A DNA stretch of 64,000 nucleotides, taken from NCBI RefSeq assembly GCF_009914755.1, contig NC_060930.1; one strand, written 5' to 3'. A model generated the notes under the pieces. The model made no database searches, was not told where the DNA came from, and worked only from the letters and a program-made list of their open reading frames with translations. Shown here piece after piece: positions 30,086 to 48,354 of this stretch (position 1 is the stretch's first letter; each line of letters starts with the position of its first letter). The stretch comes from the human T2T-CHM13v2.0 reference genome, Homo sapiens. A program made the position numbers and the translations under genes.

Positions 30086-30428
30086 CATTATGAACTAAAT
30101 ATTTGTGTCCCTCTAAAATTCATGTGTTGAACCCCAACCCCATGTGTGAGGTAATTAAGGTTAAATGAGATCATAAGGCTGGATCCCTGATCAGATATCA
30201 TTAGTGTTTTCACAAGATGAGACACCCAAAGAGATCATGTGAGGACATTGCCAGTAGGCAGCCAAGGCAGCCAGCCATGTGCAAGCCAGGAAGAGAGCCC
30301 TCACCAGAAAGGGACCATACTGGCACCCTTATCTTAAACTTCCAGCCTCTGGAAGTGTGAGAAAATAAATATCTGTTGTTCAGGTCGCCCATTCTGTGTT
30401 ATAATGGCAGCCCAGTCAGATTAAGACA
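30086..30428 (+). mobile_element. MLT1A-like solo LTR
   Basis: 'gaggtaattaaggttaaatgag', 'gcaagccaggaagagagccctcaccaga', 'cttccagcctct', end 'taagaca'. Confidence 0.85.
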
Positions 30429-30530
30429 GCACCTAAATTCCTGTTGGTTATTTTCGAAAGCATAATATTTGGTCAGGACCTAACATACCTAACTTTACTC
30501 AGTCATTCTGCAGTCTGTCCTTATAAAAGG

Positions 30531-30534
<4 letters not shown>

Positions 30535-30563
<29 letters not shown>
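30535..30563. repeat. (TA)n microsatellite
   Basis: Direct read. Confidence 0.95.
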
Positions 30564-30566
<3 letters not shown>

Positions 30567-33500
30567 AACCAGAAAAACTAAGGACATTTAAGTTTCAAAA
30601 CCCATCAGTCTCTTGATTACTTGGGCTTGGCCACAGAGAGTTTTCATTCAGCTATTCAGCCTTGTCCATGGGCAGACCTCAGTGATCTACAACATTAAGG
30701 TATGCTAAGCAGAGCCAAAGATCCACAGAATTCCTGGCTTTACCACATAGGTGGCAAGGCATCGTACTACACAGATGACAAAGCGAGGGAAAGAAACTTA
30801 AAGGAAAAGAATAATAAACTAAGGGAGAGAAAAAGATGCTATCTGGTGAGGGTAAAACTTTGATAATAGTCATACTGACTGGAGTTACACTTGAACCCTA
30901 GGCAACTCAGCAACTTGATTCAGCCTACTCCTTTGGAAATATTCTTCTATCAGAAAGTCCTGGGCATTTTTGAAACCTTGTTATACACATACTCTTCTGG
31001 TTGCCTAAAGCTTTCTGGAAATTCTTTGTAGATAGGTAAGAATTAGCAAATGAGAAATGAATTGGCCAAGGTCTATGCATCCTTGATTTATCAGAAATTA
31101 ACATAGTTAATTTTGTTATCAAGAAACACCCATAGAGGTTCTCAATGGGTGTTTATTCATAATAAAACTTACATTGTTTACACACAAAGAGGTATAAGTA
31201 GATCATCTTACTGTGACAAAGTTTAGAGATATTGAATTCAGTCCATGTTAGATTGATGAGAAATTTTTGTACAGGGCAACAGAGTGCAACTAACTTTGTA
31301 TAAGAGAGTGCCCAGAAAACATTAATGACATTTGAATACATTTTCATAGATTTCCTGCATGTTTTTCTATTTGTAAGAAAATTGATCTCCATCAATTCTA
31401 CTCAGTGTCCCTGTGGATTTAATCTTAGTGAATGTTCTCCTTTTATAAAGTGTTAGTATATCTTGTTTTCCTGTATGACATAGGCTAGAGAGAAAAAAGA
31501 ACCCTATGAAAAATCTCTTGGGAAAAAATACTCTGAAAACATAAATATTTAGAGAAATGTATATCTTTTAGAAAGATATTACACATAATTTATCATAAAG
31601 GTAAGAGATTTTTTAACTGGCAAGGTTTTTTATGCATTCCCTCTTGTAACACAAATTCTAATAGAAAATTTATGTAGTTTAAGTTTGAACAAGTTATACA
31701 ACTGCTTTTTTATTCAAGATATTTTAATAGCTTGTTCACAATATAGAAATAAACAGTACACCATTGTACCTCAGCAATAAAGAATTTTAAGAGAGTACAA
31801 AATAAATATGCAACAAAATTAAATTATAAAAACTTATTGACTCTAGGAATGTTCACAATAATTCATCAATATTGCTGGAATGTAGAAATGCAAGTCATGA
31901 AATGTCTCAATTTTAGTGTTATTATCTCAGGTTTATCATTGTTGCTGGTAAATAGTTACATAAAAATAAATTTTATCTAGGAATACAAAGAAAATTAGAA
32001 TACATTTTGGCACAAATTTCCACAGGGAAAAAAGAAAGCAATATAACAGTCTTAATTCAAATTCAAAGAAGGTTGGAATTGATATAAGTTTCCAAGTTTT
32101 CTCCAGCAAGCATCACTTCTGGACTGGGAGTATGGAAGAGAACAAGGTAAAGACTATTAAAATGTTTAATTATAATTCACTGGGTTAAGTGTTCATTATT
32201 CAAGGAAAACTGAAAACCATCATTTATGCTGCATTTTCTTCTTTCATCTTCCTGGCTTGCATATAAACTTAGTCTTGGAATAGTGTAAGTGAAGCCAGCT
32301 CTGAATGTTCACTCTCCATTTAATATGATCACTCAGAAATTAGGAAATGTTTTCATGTGTCATTTCATTACTAGATGAGATGGAAAATTAATTTAGAAAC
32401 AACAAAAATGCATAAAAAGTTGGATCTATAACTATTTTATTGTATAAGTTAATTTTTTTAAAGATTAATTTCTTCTTGAATAAACTTTCATAATATATTA
32501 GCGTGGCAAACATTTTTATCTGTCTTGTATCCAGTGTTATTAGGAGACATTTTTCTGTTATGATTCTTTGTCAATTTGTAATTATATAATTATATAAAAC
32601 TTGTTAAATGTTTTTTGTCACAAGTTTAGTAAAGCAAAGAATGCAAAAAATATACTTTATTTTTGTAATAGCCTTATGTAGTGTCTGGGTGAATTTTGTT
32701 TTATTGATAAGATTTTACAAGGAAAATTAGTTGAAAGAGGACAGACTAAGTGGCAAATATGACATACAAGAATAAACATTGTTAATTGAACTTGTCACTT
32801 GAAAATGGTAGCCATATAAATTTACTTATTCTGTAATGCATCATAAGTTGTGTGTGATCATATTGACAAAAGATATTTTCTGTAAGTAGAAAAGAGCTGA
32901 AGGCCCATAGTCTACAGTAAAGTGGATGAGATAAACATTAATTTGTTTTGACAAGAAATATTATATTGCATCAGAGCAGCTCTACAAAAGGTATATTGCT
33001 GTTTACATTGAGACTGCCTCTCATAATTAGGTGGTGATGAATGTGTCAATAATAACCAAGTGAAACTAAGGACACATTATCAAATACATATGTCTAAGAT
33101 CGCAATATCTTAGTCAAATGGCATCTCATGAGTATAACTCATCAAATACAAACGATAAAATGTCAAAGAACTAAATATCCATAACATAAATATCCCCAAA
33201 TTTTCCTGACTGAACAAATTCCTCTAGACGTGTAATACACTCTTGATTTTCTTCTTTTGCTTGTTTTTGATTTGCTAATCAAATCATGTTTTCCTTTCAA
33301 TAATGAACACACTGAATGTACACTTAACACAGGAATCTAAGACAACTTTTTTTTTCTAACATCTCCTATAGCCCCATTCCCCCACCCACAACCCAAATAA
33401 GCAATTCCAAGAATTGCATTTCACCATGAGGGAAATGGCCCAGGAAATACACTTTTCAAAACCTTCAAGTGTCACTGAAAATTAGAGAAGGGAGTATTTG

Positions 33501-34124
33501 TAAGTAATTTTAAAAAAACTTTCTGCTCCTCATTGTAATCTGAATAAAGACACAGGCCTAACTAAAAAACTATTCAATTCTGAGACAACCAGCATTCTCA
33601 GAAGTGAGTAGAAAGAATTGTGTCAAGATCACACTAACCACCATTTAAAGGATATAGGGCTAGAAAGAAATGTGAGCCATGAGCCTCATGATGAGCCTTA
33701 AACCTGGAATCGCTTTCCTATCGCAGGTTGGAAAAGTTGACAGCAACTTCACTGAGGAACCCTAGGGTTTTTGCAGCAACTATAATAACAGAAGACTTGG
33801 AAGTTCTACGGGATTTCTCCCTTAGCGGTAGCAGTGGGCAGACCTCTATTGTAGCACCTGTATAAAACACAGACAAGATGAAAAGCACACACATAAGAAA
33901 AGTTTCAGGTTCAATATACCTTCATATTGCACTGGATGTTCTATAAAACTCAATCTAAGAGGTAAGCTTGCATAAAACATCATCCAGATTAACATAAGAA
34001 AAAAGAATTTTAAAAGCACAGAGATGAACAGTGAAGGTGAACAATGTTTGTAGAACAACGTGAAGCCTGAATAGGTCTTCTTCATTTAAATATTGGAAGT
34101 ACCGTACTGTAGTTAACATTATAC

Positions 34125-34230
34125 TTCTGCAGATAAGTTATGCTCAAAATCTGGATCTTCCACTTACTAGCTGTGTAATTATTGGGAACAAATTTCATTT
34201 TATTTTTGCCTCTGTTTCTTTACATATTAA
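34125..34230 (+). mobile_element. MIR fragment
   Basis: 'ccacttactagctgtgt...ttgggaa...gcctctgtttc'. Confidence 0.55.
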
Positions 34231-34306
34231 TATCATCATGTCTTTCTTTTCTATTTGTCAAAAAACAAAAGAAAACAAACAAAAGAAGCCCTAAAAACCC
34301 ACATTG

Positions 34307-36210
34307 CCTTCTTCTAGGGTTTTTATGGTTTTAGGTCTTACATTAAAGTCTTTAATCCATCTCGAGTTAATTTTTGTATTAGATGTAAGGAAGGGGTCCA
34401 GTTTCAGTTTTCTGCATATGGCTAGCCAGTTATCCCAACACCATTTATTAAATAGGGAATCCTCTCCTCATTTCTTGTTTTTATCAGGTTTGTCAAAGAT
34501 CAGATTGTTGTAGATGTGTGGTGTTATTTCTGAGGCCTCTGTTCTGTTCTATTGGTCTATAGATCTGTTTTGGTACCAGTACCATGCTCTTTTGGTTACT
34601 GTAGCCTTGTAGTATAGTTTGAAGTCAGGTAGTGTGATGCCTCCAGCTTTATTCTTTTTGCTTAGGATTGTCTTGTCTATATAGGCTCTTTTGTTGGTTC
34701 CATGTGAAATTCAAAGTAGTTTTTTCTAATTCTGTGAAGAAAGTCAATGGAAGCTTGATGGGGATAGCATTGAATTTATAAATTGCTTGGGGCAGTATGG
34801 CCGTTTTCACGATACTGATTCTTCCTAGCCATGAGCATGGAATGTTTTTCCATTTGTTTGTGTCCTCTCTTATTTCCTTGAGCAGTGGTTTATAGTTCTC
34901 CTTGAAGAGGTCCTTCAGATCACTTGTAAGTTGTATTCCTAGGTATTTTATTCTCTTTGTACCAATTGTGAATGGGAGTTGATTCATGATTTGGCTCTTT
35001 GTTTGTCTATTATTGGTGTATAGGAAAGCTTGTGATTTTTGCACATTGATTTTGTATTTAGAGATTTTGCTGAAGTTGCTTATCAGCTTAAGGAGATTTT
35101 GGGCTAAGATGATGAGCAATCGTGTCATCTGCATACCATTCAGGACATAGACATGGGCAAAGACTTCATGACTAAAACACCAAAAGCAATGTCAAAAGCC
35201 AAAACTGACAAATGGGATCTAATTAAACTAAAAAGCTTCTGCAGACCAAAATAAACTATCATCAGAGTGAACAGGCAACCTACAGAATGGGAGAAAATTT
35301 TTGCTATCTGTCCTTCTGACAAAGGGCTAATATCCAGAATCTACAAGAAACTTAAACAAATTTACAAGAATAAAACAACTCCATCAAAAAGCGGGTGAAA
35401 TATATGAACAGACACTTCTCAAAAGAAGACATTTATGCAGCCAACAAACATATCACAAAAATCTCATCATCACTGGTCATTAGAGGAATGCAAATCAAAA
35501 CCACGATGAGATACCATCTCACAACAATTAGAATGGCAATCATTAGAAAGTCAGGAAACAACAGATGCTGGCGAGGGTACGGAGAAATAGGAATGCTTTT
35601 ACACTGTTGGTGGGAGTGTAAATTAGTTCAACCATTATTGAAGACAGTGTGGTGATTCCTCTAGGATCTAGAACCAGAAATACCAGATGACCCAGTAATC
35701 CCATTACTGGATGTATACCCAAAGGATTGTAAATCATTCCAATATAAAGACACATGCACACATATGCTTATTGCAGCACCATTCACAATAGCAAAGACTG
35801 GGAACCAACCCAAATGCCCATCAATGATAGACTGGATAAAGAAAGTGTGGCACATATACACCATGGAATACTATGCAGCCATAAAAAAGATGATCTCATG
35901 TCCTTTGCAGGGACATGGATGAAGCTGGAAACCATCATTCTCAGCAAACTAACACAGGAACAGAAAACTAAACACCACACGTTCTCACTCATAAGTGGGA
36001 GCTGAACAGTAAGAATACGTGGACACAGGGACGAAACCTCACATACTGGGGCCTGTCAGGGGCTGGGGGACTAGAAAAGGGATAGCATTAGGATAAATAC
36101 CTAAGGTAGAGGACAGGTTGTTGGGTGCAGCAAACCGCCATGGCACGTGTATACCTATGTAACAAACCTGCATGTTCTGCACATATACCCCAGAACCTAA
36201 AGTATAACTT
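34307..36210 (+). mobile_element. 5'-inverted (twin-primed) L1PA7-like element; inverted part 34307-35133, sense part 35134-36210
   Basis: Antisense ORF2 then sense ORF2/3'UTR; 15-bp TSD taaaa(a/g)cccacattg at 34292-34306 / 36211-36225. Confidence 0.93.
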
Positions 36211-36489
36211 TAAAAGCCCACATTGTCCATCCTTCATCTGCAACTGAACTATATTTTGTTCCATTTGTTACCTAGCTCCAACTCCTAAAATGATTGCATT
36301 TTGTTCTGTGGAATGTGTGGCCCATCAAAACCAGGATCCCTGTTTCTCCAACTCTTCTAAAGGTGATCTTCATCACAAATGGCATCAACAGAAAACACCA
36401 CTTGAAACATAGGGGAAAAAGTGGCCCCACTTCCTTCATTGGCTATTTTCCTTTTTTTGTTGTTGGATCCTTTATGCAATAAAATATAT

Positions 36490-37830
<1,341 letters not shown>

Positions 37831-38851
37831 ACTACTCACCTCCTGCCATATATCTTAAATTGTTAGTAGGAAATAGTAACTTACAAAATTTGGTTGATTA
37901 CAATCTCAATGGGGAGAGTGAGGGAATTTGGAAGTGGCCAGCAAAAAAAAAAAAAATGTCTAATGTACATATTCTATGACCAAGCAATACTTGTAAATAG
38001 CCTTCTTCCAAATGATTGCCATGGCTAACTAAAGAATTCCTGATAGCTTGATTTGTAGAGATCTCTGGATAACCTACCTAACTCCAATTATATGTATTAA
38101 GCTCATAAATTTTCTTGGATGAGGCTGTGTTTATCTGGGAGTTGAGACATATTGATGAAATCATGTTTATATTTGAGTGAACTCTAAACTGTACCTTGGC
38201 ATGCATATTATGTATTGTGAAAATGAGATCTATGCATTACTTTTGCCAAAGTTGGCCTTTGGCATATATTTATATAGGCCATACATAGAGAATTCACCTA
38301 GCTTTATGTCTGAAAAGAAAGCTTGACGTGGAGGTTTGGAGCTATGCTTATAATAGTTCAAGTGTAGTCATCGTTTTCATACTGTTATCCCATAAACTGT
38401 ATACCTACTGGCTAGATACAAATTCCTGGACACCTGCATCTCTCCTAAAGAACACTGCTTATCTCCTTGCAGTTAATTTTGAATGTGCTTTCTTCCTCAG
38501 AGTCTTTAAATAAATAAACATATTTGACGTACACAGACAGTTTCAGGGCCCAGATTTTCTTTTAGTCCTTTTCTACTATTTACATTTCTCACAATAATTT
38601 TCATAAAGAAGGGACTTATGCCAAAATACCAATTTTCTTTTAGTAATTTTCCTCAGGGAATGAAATAGGATAATGAAGAGAAAGGAGATGATATTGTGGA
38701 GACTGGTTTAAATGTATCTGTTTAAAAAAAAGGCTAAATTTAGACAAATTATAAGAAAAAATCTATCAGCAGTTTAGGAAGATGATGATTATAAACAACC
38801 AATTGGGTGAAGAAAGTTAAAATAAAAAGAAAGGTAAAGGTTTTATGGTGG

Positions 38852-39912
38852 CTTTGTATGGTATAATGTATTTTTTATTAAATACATCTGACAAGAGATT
38901 AATAACCAGAATATGCAAGGAACTCAAACAACTCAATAGCCTAAAAACAAACAATCCAGTTAGAAGATGGGCAAAATATCTGAATAGACATTTTTCAAAA
39001 GAAAACACACAAATGGCCAACAAGTATATGAAAACAGTCTTCAATATCCCTAATCATCAGGGAAATGCAAATTGAAACCACAATGAGATATCATATCACC
39101 ACAGTTAGAATGGCTATTATCCAAAAGACTGTAAATGAATGCTGGCAAGGATGTGAGAAAAAGGAAAACACTTGTACACTGTTGTTGGGAATGTAAATTA
39201 GTACAGCCGCTATGGAAAACAGCATGGAGGGTTCTCAAAAAACTAAAAATAGAACGACAATATGATGCAGAAATTCCACTGCTGAGCATGTATCCAAAAT
39301 AAAGAAAATCAGTATATTGAAGAAATATTTGCACTCCCATGTTTATTACAACACTATTCACAATAGCCAAGATATGGAATTAATCTAAGTGCGCATCAAC
39401 AGATGAGTGGATTTTAAAAATGTGGTATATACATATTATTCAGCAATAAAAAAATGAAACCCTGTCATTTGCAACAACATGAATAGAACTGGAGGACATG
39501 ATGTTAAGTAAAATAAGCCAGGCAAAGAAAGACAAATACCACATGTTCTTAAACATATGTGGGAGCTGAGAAAAATGATCTCACAGAGGTAGAAAGTAGA
39601 ATGATGGTTACCAGAGGTTTGGAAGGGGGTAGGGGGAAGGATAGAAAAAGAGAAGTTGTTTAATGGCCAAAACAATACCGTTGTATAGAAGGAATTAAGT
39701 TTTAGCATTTAATAACAAAATAGGGTGATTATACTCAACAGTAATTTATTATATATTTCAAATAGCTAGCAAATAATGTTCCCAAGACAAATAAATGATA
39801 ATTGAGGTAATGGATAAGCCAATTACCCTGAGTTGATCATTACACATTGTATGCATATATCAATATAGCAAATTTAATCTGTAAATATGTAAAACTATTA
39901 GGTATCAATTGA
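38852..39912 (+). mobile_element. 5'-truncated L1MA (MA3-5-like) 3' end
   Basis: Late ORF2 + L1MA-type 3'UTR 'ccaattaccctga...gatcattacacattgtat'; TSD-like taaag(g)ttttatggtgg. Confidence 0.88.
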
Positions 39913-40653
39913 TAAAGTTTTATGGTGGATAAAACTTTTTTGATGTACTGTATTGTTTATTAAATGTTAGCTATTAAATATAATCTGTTTATACTAAAAT
40001 ATTAGTAACACATTAATAATATATTGAAACTGTTTCACTCTCCTTAAGGGCATGAAACAGACTGAGAAAACTGATCAGTTCTTACAGATACTCTGCTTTC
40101 CAGTGTCCTCTACAGATATATCCCAAGAGTATAATGAGAAGTGAAGTTCCCCCCAGAAGGCAGAAGCAAAACTATGGAGAACAATCGACTAGACAATTAC
40201 TCCCAAACCATGGAGAGTCATTTCTCTCCTGGCTCCAATACTTAAGTGATCAAAAACCAAATAGGTTATTTTTTTATATGCAATGAATGGGTTGGAGCTT
40301 TTTAATACAAGATTCTCAGTCTGATGTGACATTAAATGCATAGTTTGTTAAATCAGACTGGTTAGTGAGGGAGGTGCAGGACACAATTCTTTTCATTATT
40401 GCAATTAAGTTGGGAACTCATCATGTTTAACATCAAGGATAAAACTTTCTCAAATATTCCACTACAGAAAAATAGAAAATGCTTTTGGAGGTAGTGTGAG
40501 TGTTACAACTGAGGGTATTTTTTGAATCAGTAAATGATAATGTTGAAAGATTGTGAGGGCTAAACTCATGCTTTTTATTCAGTCTTTGAAATAATCATTG
40601 CAAAAATCCCTGCTCATGTATTACAGTGACAACATTCTGAATTAACCAAGGAT

Positions 40654-40693
40654 AGTTGTTGTTGTTGTTGTTGTTTGTGTGTGTATGTGTGTT
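40654..40693. repeat. (GTT)n(GT)n compound microsatellite
   Basis: Direct read. Confidence 0.85.
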
Positions 40694-41072
40694 TGATTGT
40701 CTATTTGCTGGTTTAGGTTTCCCTGAGTAGAACCAAGTAACAGATAAATATTGTTCTCACATTATGTTCAAAGAAAAATAAACAAAAATAAAGATATTTA
40801 AAGGAGTAAGGCAATGGGCTGCTTGTTGTCTTAAACACAGAAGATGGACCAGGATTTAGGAAGGTTATAATGATTATCATTTTTATACATATGTGAAGTT
40901 CGAGCATCTAAATAATGGTATAAAAGAGGTGATTGAATATAGATATGAGGTTTCAGTTGAGATCCTTAACCTCAGAAATAGTTTTGGAATAAATCATTAC
41001 AGAAATAATAATTCAGGACATAGAAATAAATAAGATCCCTCAAGGAACCTGGATTTAAAAAAGAAGAGAAGA

Positions 41073-44020
<2,948 letters not shown>

Positions 44021-44029
44021 GTGAGAGAG

Positions 44030-45600
44030 AATCCAAAAAAAGGAGAATCAGAAACGTCATTATTTGAGTGATAGCCTGATATTAGAGAAGCCAGCAAAAT
44101 ACTTTGAGAACTGGACGTCAGAGTGTGCTGTCATAGAAACCAAGGAGATAGAATTTAAAGAAAAAAGAAGAATTGAAGAATTAACAATTTGAAATATCAC
44201 AGATAGTTAAAGGAAAATGAAACTGTGAGTGATCCATTATATTTAATATCAAAGAGGTCCTGGGTGAAACTGATGAAGGCAATTTTCTTGAAGTGGTGGA
44301 GACTGATGCCAGACTATGAAAGGTGGAGAAATTATCAGTAAGAAAGTGATTGTAGATTTTTTTTAAAATATTGCTTTAAAAATAATATTGTCAGGTATTG
44401 GTAGTTGACCAGATGAAAGTGATTGTAGGCTTTTAATAACAATATTTCAAGAGAACGGAAAAGTAAAAAAAAAAAAAAAAGAAGAAAACATAGATTCAAA
44501 TAATGCCATCTTTTAACCTTTATTCTTTCACACCGGGTAAACTTGAATATATTTAAATATTGATGGAAAGGGCATATGGAGAAGAAGGAAATGATGAGAC
44601 TCGATATGTATTAAAGTATACTTATTCCTTTAATAAGTATCCATATGGGATACTTTATTCAAAAACGGCATTCATTTGGGTGGACAGAATTAGCACACAG
44701 TGCAAGGAGAACATTAAACTACAATTACCAGAATAGGCATAAATGCAGGTTTGCTGGCAGGATATTGAGAGAGTTCTCTTCTCTAAATATTTTATCTGTA
44801 TACAGTACAGGTGAGGTATTTATGAAGAACAGCAGCAGTTGGATTAATGTTTGGGGAAAGCGAATCTCACAACAGACAATTTGGAGTAGGAATGAAAGAC
44901 ATGGAAATCAAGGAGGGATTTTCTGGCATCACGGAGGGCTCACTTTAGTATAATGGGCGAGAATATTAGTGACAATAATGTGATGGCATGACTATCTCCA
45001 ATAGTGTTCAGCAGCTTGGATAGGTCCTGGGAAAATTTGGATAGATCTAAGGTAGTGGCTTTGTCAGACAAGTGAGACAGGAAGTTCATGGGGGAACAGT
45101 TAGGTGATTTTGGGCAGAGAGTGGTTTAAATGGTGGCCCAGTTCACATAAGTGAATAAATTGAAGACAAAGAGTTTTATTCTGTAGAAAGCAAGCAGAGA
45201 AAAGGAACAGAGATCCTGCTACTTAGAAGAAGACAAAGATGAAGATGAAGATGAACAAAGAGGAGGAGATGGGGGAGGGAAACAAGAAGAAGCGAAAAAC
45301 AAAAGTCAGTTGTAGTGAAAGCAAATGGACAAGAAATATGAAGGGAGAACTGATGTGGAGAGAGTGCACAATGTCTGAATTTAACATTTTTCAGGTGGCT
45401 CAGAGATTTAGCCATTGGTGAGGGTAACAAAAGTGCTGTGTGGAAGAACAGTTTCCTGCAAATGAGACAGTAATGAACTGCGACTGTAAAGTACCATGTT
45501 CCCCTGGACTATTTATGTGTCGCAGGGAAGATAAAGGCAAGCCAGAAAACTGGTGAAACCAAAAGTTAGAAGTGCGGCGGCTGATGTCTGGAACTGGGAG
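44030..45600 (-). mobile_element. L2 fragments (continuing from ~40900-41070)
   Basis: 'gagaagccagcaaa', 'tgctgtcatagaaaccaagg', 'gtggtggagactgatgccagact'. Confidence 0.55.
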
Positions 45601-46499
45601 TCAGACAACAACTGCTTAGGATGGGATTAGAATGTTCTTTGAAAGCATCAGAAGACCCCTGGCTTAGACTAAGCAAAAAGAGAATTATAAGGACATAGAA
45701 ATGTCATCTCTAATGAGAAATCAAAGCTATAGTGAGAGACTTAAAAAGGACCAGGAACTAGAAATGATCATGTCATTTGGAATTGCCTCCATACCTTTCA
45801 TACCCTCCTCTTTGTGTGTCTTCTTTAATTCTCTCCATGAAGGCTGTGTTTCTCTAATGTTTTTATCTAGCAAGAGTTGACAACTTAATATCACCTATAA
45901 TCAATAAATTAGTCCTAAACAAAGGGGGGCACTGTGTGACATAGAAATCTCTCCTTAAAAGAACTTTGAAATTTTTTGACTTCAAAGCCAAGTTTGAAAT
46001 AAAATTGTTTTTAATGTCCAGTGGAAAGAGTAAGAAGAGTTGAAACAAAGGGATTAGTATGCTACTAAAGCTGTGGGGGCCCTGGGAGCATTTGCGATAT
46101 CGTGTGAGGTGACAATGAAATGAGAGCACTACAAACATACTGAATGTGGAAGAAATACACCTTTATAGAAGGGTATATGTGCAAATTCCGCCAGATGGCA
46201 AAGGGCTATTTCAAGGAAACTTGTCTGTAGTTGGCCTCAGATTCAAGCAGGAAATAGGTCACTTCTCTAAGAATTCTTAGCAAAAGCTCTACTGGCCTCA
46301 CAGACATGTATACACTTCCTGTATTATACAACAAATTCAAACTAATAGTTAAAATAGTTACGGATTGTTATCTTACTAGGCAGCTGCATGAAGTAAAAAC
46401 CCATTCTCCCTAGAGAAACAGATTTTAGTACTCTTAGAATTCCTACAGATGAAGTGCAACTTAACATGGAGTCAGGATAAAACGTACAAGAAAAAGTAA

Positions 46500-48250
46500 T
46501 GCCCCATGAGGAAGAGTCACCAGTAACTCCCTCAAATAGCAGATTCAGATTTACAATGACTTCATATATTAAAATTTTCAGACATATAATGCAGTGATTT
46601 TTTTAAAATAGAAGAAAGTAGAAACAGAAAATGACTGGCTTTCCAAGATGGTTAACATGATTGAAAAAAGAACAATTTCTAGAAACAGTAAATGCAATCA
46701 CCAAAGTTAAAAACCCACACAATAGGTTAACACAGAATACACACTATTATGCGGGAAAACTTGTGAACTGGAAAATGAATCTGAAGAAATTACTGCTAAG
46801 CCAATTCAGAGAGACAATGAAATTAAAAAATATATGAAAGACATGTTAATACATATGAGAGGCAAAATGAAAACATCTAATTTGTCCTGCAAAAATATTT
46901 TAATAGGAGAGCAAAGATGGAGGACTCACCCAACCTGATTTCAAAACTTATTATAAAAACACAGTAAATAAGACAGTTTGATAATCAAAAAAAGACTGAT
47001 ATTGAAATCAATGGAAAATAATAAAAGTAAGAAAAAGATGAACACACATATAGATCATTTATTTTCAAACATGTTGTAAACATTGTTCTATGAAGAATGG
47101 TCTCTACAACAAATTAAACCAGACAATTGTATCAAAAAAAAGAACTTCATACATCATGTAATATAAAAAATGAAATAAAAATATAAATGAATAAAAACAG
47201 AGTTAAACTTAAAACTCTAAATCTTCTTGCAGAATAAATTGTTGTTACCTTGGGTTAGGCCAAAAACAAATCACTAAAGAAAAAAATTATAATCGTACTT
47301 TGTCAAAATTAACAACTTCAGTTTTTCAATCTAAGTGTTTCACTTAACAGATTGAAAAGACAAGATACAGATCAGGGGAGAATATTTGCAAATCATGTAT
47401 CTGATAAAAGACTGGTATATGAAATATATAAGAGTTCTCTAAAGTCAATAGTAAGAAAACACAACATAATAAAAAGAATGGGAGAAAAGATCTGAAGAGA
47501 TACTCCAACAAATAAGATATATAGATTATAAATAAACACATGAAAAGGCACAAATTAAGACCACAAAAAGATGCCGCTATATGCTTCAGAAAATGGCAAA
47601 AACATAATGCAAACTGATAATACTAATTATTGGAAAGGATCTGGAGCAACAGGAATTTTCACACATTGCTAATTAGATTGCAAAATTGTGCAACTACTTT
47701 ATAAGCAGTTTGGCCTTTTCTTTGAAAGTTAAGCGTACATTTCCTATATGACTAAAAAATACAGCTTCTGTGTATTTACCCAAGTGAAAACAAAACATAT
47801 TAGCACAAATCCTGATAGGAACATTTTAATCAAAAAGTATACATAATGTCCTTCAATTGGTGAATGGATAAACAAATTGTGATATATTTACATACTGGGA
47901 TATTGTTCAGTAATAAAAAATAGTACTAAATACTGTTACATGACAACATGGATGACCCTTCAATGCATTATGCTAAGTCAAAGTATTAATGGCCAGACTC
48001 AAAAGGCTGCATACTATAGATTACATGACATTCATTAAAGGCAAAAATGAAGATCAATGACTGCCAGCGGTTGGAGGTTTGGGAAAGTTAAACTATGAAT
48101 AGGCACAGAATTGAGGAGGGTTAATAGAGCTATTTTATACTTTGATTAAGGTGATGGTTACACAAGTGTGGGCATTTGTTAAATTCACAGAACTCTTCAC
48201 TAAAATGGCTGAATTTTACTGTATTTAAATGATATCTTAATAAATGAAAA
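46500..48250 (+). mobile_element. Old L1ME/L1MC fragments ending in a 3'UTR
   Basis: 'tgatttcaaaacttattataa', 'ggtgaatggataaacaaattgtg', 3' 'gaattttactgtatttaaatgatatcttaataaa'. Confidence 0.75.
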
Positions 48251-48273
48251 ACAATTGATAATTTTTATAGTAT

Positions 48274-48354
48274 TTAGGTTTAAGTACACTACAATGTCAT
48301 GGTTTTTCAACCATTCGACCTATAAAAATGGCAATTTTATATGGTTAAACCTAA
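48274..48354. mobile_element. MADE2 (Hsmar2-derived MITE)
   Basis: ~80 bp bounded by ttaggtt...aacctaa; core 'gacctataaaaatggcaattttatatggtt'. Confidence 0.75.
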
